From assembly GCF_018350175.1 (NCBI RefSeq), contig NC_058368.1:39186001-39250000 (forward strand): 64,000 nt of DNA. The letters run 5' to 3'. The position numbers and the translations under genes were made by a program. Of the stretch, positions 59,791-64,000 are shown one piece after another. Each line of letters starts with the position of its first letter. Position 1 is the first letter of the stretch. The notes beneath the pieces are model-generated. The model did not search any database. It was not told where the DNA came from and was given only the letters and a program-made list of their open reading frames with translations. The DNA is from Felis catus. Taxonomy: Eukaryota.

Positions 59791-60436
59791 ATCTTCTACT
59801 TACTTTTATTTTTTTTATAAACAAATATTGAATGTAATGATGTGTGCATCAAATAGCTGATTCATCTTTCAAGTTTTAAATATCTTCTACCTCCTTATCA
59901 CCTGATAAGATTTAGTTGTAGGTCAAGAGTGACAACCATGATGGTTTGCAGCCACCATGGTGCATCTTCTCTTTCTTTTGAATGCTGCAGTAAGACATAG
60001 TTCAGATAAGAATGTTTGTGTCTGCTTCTTCTGTCTGAGTTTTTACCTTCAAAAGACTCTTCATTTAATCAGCCACAGAAAGTGGAAGTTGGATAGCACT
60101 ACACCACTTCTCCATGTCAGCTCAGGTTAAAATTTTGTGTTCCTTGCTTTCCTGAATTTTTCATTTTCCACATGCATTTATGCATATATGCATATATCAG
60201 TTTTAAATAAGAACTTATTTATGTATACTAATTTAAAATTAATAATAAAAAATAAGTCAAACTGTTCTTTTAATTCTTTAATGTATATTCAAATGTTCAT
60301 ATGTATTTTTTAATTCCCTGTGATAAGATACAGGGCATATTACAAATTATTTTATATGCTCTAACAGTAATAACAATATCAAACTATTTTGGTAGTCAGT
60401 TTTTTAACTAAACCATATACAATGGGTTCAGTAGTT

Positions 60437-60471
60437 TACTACTACTACTACTACTAATAATAATAATAATA
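60437..60471. repeat. Compound (TAC)n(TAA)n microsatellite
   Basis: TACTACTACTACTACTACTACTAATAATAATAATAAT. Confidence 0.9.
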
Positions 60472-60730
60472 AAATGTTGAAGTTGAAATGAGGAAACTGG
60501 ATCCTTGCCTGGTTTACACCCTCTAACCTCTGTAGCAGGTTTGGAGATGCATTTTCAGAATGATGAATCACAAGGTTTCTGATCCTGCTTAATAGGAAAA
60601 TATAATAACAAATTGTAGCCAATACAAGTGTCTTTGTTAAAAATTTAAATATATTTTATTATTTCTCAAATGTAAGTTTAACTGTATTTATCAAATTTGT
60701 TTCAATGTAACTATATATTTTTTTGTTTTT

Positions 60731-60952
60731 TTTTTTAATTTTTTTTCAACGTTTTTTATTTATTTTTGGGACAGAGAGAGACAGAGCATGAACGGGGGAG
60801 GGGCAGAGAGAGAGGGAGACACAGAATTGGAAACAGGCTCCAGGCTCTGAGCCATCAGCCCAGAGCCCGACGCGGGGCTCGAACTCCCGGACCGCGAGAT
60901 CGTGACCTGGCTGAAGTTGGACGCTTAACCGACTGCGCCACCCAGGCGCCCC
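60731..60952 (-). mobile_element. Young felid SINE
   Basis: TSD TATTTTTTTGTTTTT (60716-60730, 60953-60967). Confidence 0.97.
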
Positions 60953-63852
60953 TATTTTTTTGTTTTTAAAGTAATTTCCTACTTACCTCAACTTCACTAA
61001 ACCAAAGTTTATTATTCTCTATCATTGCTACTATGACTGTTTCATTATTTTTACTCTGATAACTAACACTACTATCTATATTACTTGTTCTACTACTACT
61101 ACTACTAATGCTATTATAATATTAATTTCATCAGAGCCAGGTTTATGTTTTTTGCCTGACCCAAAAGTTTATACTCTGTATTCAACTACTGATATTATTA
61201 TTGATATTAAAAAAATCTCTTTATCTTTCCCCCTACACTAGAAACATGAAGAAATATAAACATAATTACATTGTTAAAAGCATTTTGATTAACAAAATAA
61301 TTGAATCATTCTATAGTCAGCCTTAAAGAAGTAAAAGAAAAACTTAGAAAGAAAGGAATTAAAAGTTCATCATAGAATTAGCAGCCCCTTCTTTCAGTCT
61401 GCAAACTGAAACCAAAAGTAAAACATAATTAGAACTCTTATCTACCTCATTTACTTAAGGAGGATATTAAAAATTTTCATTGGGATTATCAACACAATAA
61501 ATAAATGATAATGCTATAGCATAAGTATTCCAGAGAGTCAATTAATTTCACTCTTTAGAGACTTTAGGACCCTGTGAAGTTGCATTAATTTAAGAGCTAC
61601 TTTTTTCCCTCCCTTTGCAAGGATATTATTCATTCATATTTTTTTGTCTTCTTACATTAGCTCTGGGTAATAAATATGTACATTATTTTTTTCATTTTTC
61701 ATTTTATTTTCAGAATCTCTGTTTTCATCTTTTCTTTATTGCCAAGTGTAAGTGAATGTTTAATTTTAGTATTAAATTTATTCTGAGACACATGCCATTA
61801 TATGAAATAGTTTTACACTGAATGTGATTATGCCAGAGATCAATGTATAATCTTCAATTCTATCTTTATTTCTCTGGAAGTTAAAATTGCAATGAGAGAA
61901 TTCTGTTTTATAATATACAGGAAGACACATGAATTCCTTGTCACTAAAGTCTGTCACCAAGACATCTTAAGAGAGCCTTTGTATTGAATGTGCTGTCTAA
62001 ATCAGCTTTCCCATCAATTCTGAAGCTATTTGTAGTCAAAAGTAATGAGTGTCTCAGCTGCTACTTCTTAGGGTTCAAAGTAATATATTAAAAAATCAAA
62101 GTAAAAGTGCAATGAATAAAAACTCCATTGAACTTCAGATAGCAATATTGCCAAGGCAATTACATCAAATAACAATTACCTTTTTGATGTTATTAGCAAT
62201 TGTCAATTTAATTTCTTTAAAGGTTGCCACATGTTGTTCAATAATGGATATTAATATACAGGTCAAAGACAAACATTTATCATAGAATACAGATTTATTT
62301 GTTAGAAAATGTGAAACAGAGAATATTTTAAAACTTGTTCTATAGATGAATGCAATATTCATGGCACAGAGTCTATTAAAGGAAGTAGGTCACAATTTAT
62401 TCTAGTCATTTATTTTAGCTTTATAAAAAAATAGAGTATCATTCAGAAATAAGGAACCGATTATTAGCCTTCAATATGATAATAGGTTCCCCAGTTAAAA
62501 GCACAATTCCTATGAAAGATAGGGAGACAGTTGTAATAATATCACAAAGATGCAGAAATTAGCTCCATTAACAAGTGATATGGAGCATAGGATTTCAAAA
62601 AATTTCTCTGTAATTTAGTCATATTTGTAAAATGTTTAGAAATTACTTTACCACTTAACCCCCCAAATATGATTGAGGCACAAGTTTATTTAAATACGTA
62701 TTTCCTTATTGGTCAAAGACATCAAGGGGTGTAAAGAAAATCTGATAATGACAGTAGAATTTTGTTCTATTACTATCTGGTTTAGTCCCAATGGAAACAT
62801 GCATATCAAGACTCTGTCATGATTATCTAAATTCTTTTTCAGCTAATTTTCAGGGCCAGAATTTGTTGATGTTAACATGAAATTGTTCAAACTGCACAGA
62901 TCAATAAATCAAAGACAAAGATCTTCCTATTATAATCATTCTGGACTGAGGGTGAATATGTTGCCTTTACTTACTAAATTACACATATTTTATGTTGTTA
63001 GCTTATAGTTGCATTAGAGACTACTTAGAAAATTCTGCTAAATGGATGAGTATATATCTATATAATATATAGATATAAAATTATATGTAATATATACTTA
63101 TAAAATCTACAAGATTAATATAAATTATATTTTAATATATAATACATAAATACAGATGATTATTCATGCCATATCCCTTTTAAATATGGTCAAACCATCT
63201 AAAAATGCCAAACAAACGTGATTTACCATTCCACCAAAAAGAACGCATGCATTTTAAAGTGGGCCAAATAAAGTTTCTAAAGTGTCCTTTACATTTATAG
63301 ATAAATTTAGAAAACACTTAAACTTCAATTTTAACTAATATAGAGCTCTTTATATAAATAAATACTAAAACATGTTAAATATATAATTTTTCATGTGATA
63401 CTGATATTCTTATTCGTTGAACTAAATTACAGAAATACCTGTTAAATTCAAATATACAGTTTATGATATAATTAGTGAGACAACAAAAATTATATTATTA
63501 TAAAATAGAATTTGAGGCCAACATGATTAATGAAATGAGTGTAATTTGAATTGTCAGTGTTAATCTTATTATTAAAGTTTTGCTTGTAATCTATAGTAAT
63601 TTCCAGAAATTCATATTTCAGGATATCTTCATGTTTTAATAAAAGTTATAAACACTAGGGAACTGTAAACTGTGACCTAGTTAATCCAGTTAACTTATTT
63701 AAGACATGTAAGTGGATAGCTAAGGCAACAAGACCTGACCCTTATGCTATGTTTGATAGAATGCTAGAAAATATAAGCTAAAAGTGTCAACATTGCATGG
63801 GTTTCATTAACCTAAAGATACAAATTAGGTCAAATTTATACTAATATTCTTG

Positions 63853-64000
63853 CCTTTCAATGCTGCGGCCACAGCCATGAGTATGCTTGGGCTTCAGAAG
63901 AGGCTTGCCTCCAGTGTCCTCTGCTGTGGCTAAAAGAAGGTCTGGTTCAACCCCAATGAGACCAATGAAATCATCAATGCCAACTCCCATCAGCAGATCT
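63853..64000 (+). pseudogene. RPL19: Processed pseudogene of 60S ribosomal protein L19 (eL19), 5' part; continues beyond the window
   Basis: 5' UTR CCTTTC..TGCTGCGGCCACAGCC, ATG at 63877; translates [40 protein letters not shown] versus RPL19 [41 protein letters not shown]; TAA at 63931-63933; no introns. Confidence 0.97.

Noticed and set aside
224..60952. tRNA genes at SINE heads
   Set aside because: The A/B-box heads continue into SINE body, CT tract and A tail; they are tRNA-derived SINEs
1..64000. Many 60-160 aa ORFs in the ORF track as novel genes
   Set aside because: They overlap SINEs, L1 antisense frames, microsatellites or AT-rich DNA, often start at non-ATG codons, and resemble no protein I recognise

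Overview
AT-rich, repeat-dense mammalian genomic DNA, almost certainly from a felid (cat family): about 20 tRNA-derived carnivore SINEs (SINEC_Fc type), felid/carnivore LINE-1s, and older eutherian repeats (L1M, L2, MIR, MaLR MLT1, MER34-group ERV1 LTRs, hAT MER58A/MER33/MER5). No intact host protein-coding gene is recognisable, so the window looks intergenic or deep intronic. Main landmarks: a full-length but inactivated L1 (16825-22844, +), a 3.2 kb 5'-truncated L1 (56229-59453, -), a 5S rRNA pseudogene fragment (54952-55036, -) and the 5' end of an RPL19 processed pseudogene running off the right edge. I found no evidence for a new genetic system. The noteworthy signals are retrotransposition oddities that can be read at base level: an inverted 5S rRNA/L1 chimera inside one target-site duplication (TSD), two independent L1 3' transductions each with its own AATAAA and second poly(A), a target site reused by an L1 and a SINE, a tail-less L1 ORF2 patch replacing half a SINE, and a twin-primed old L1. 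Repeat family names come from recalled consensus similarity, not a database search, and boundaries of old repeats are approximate.
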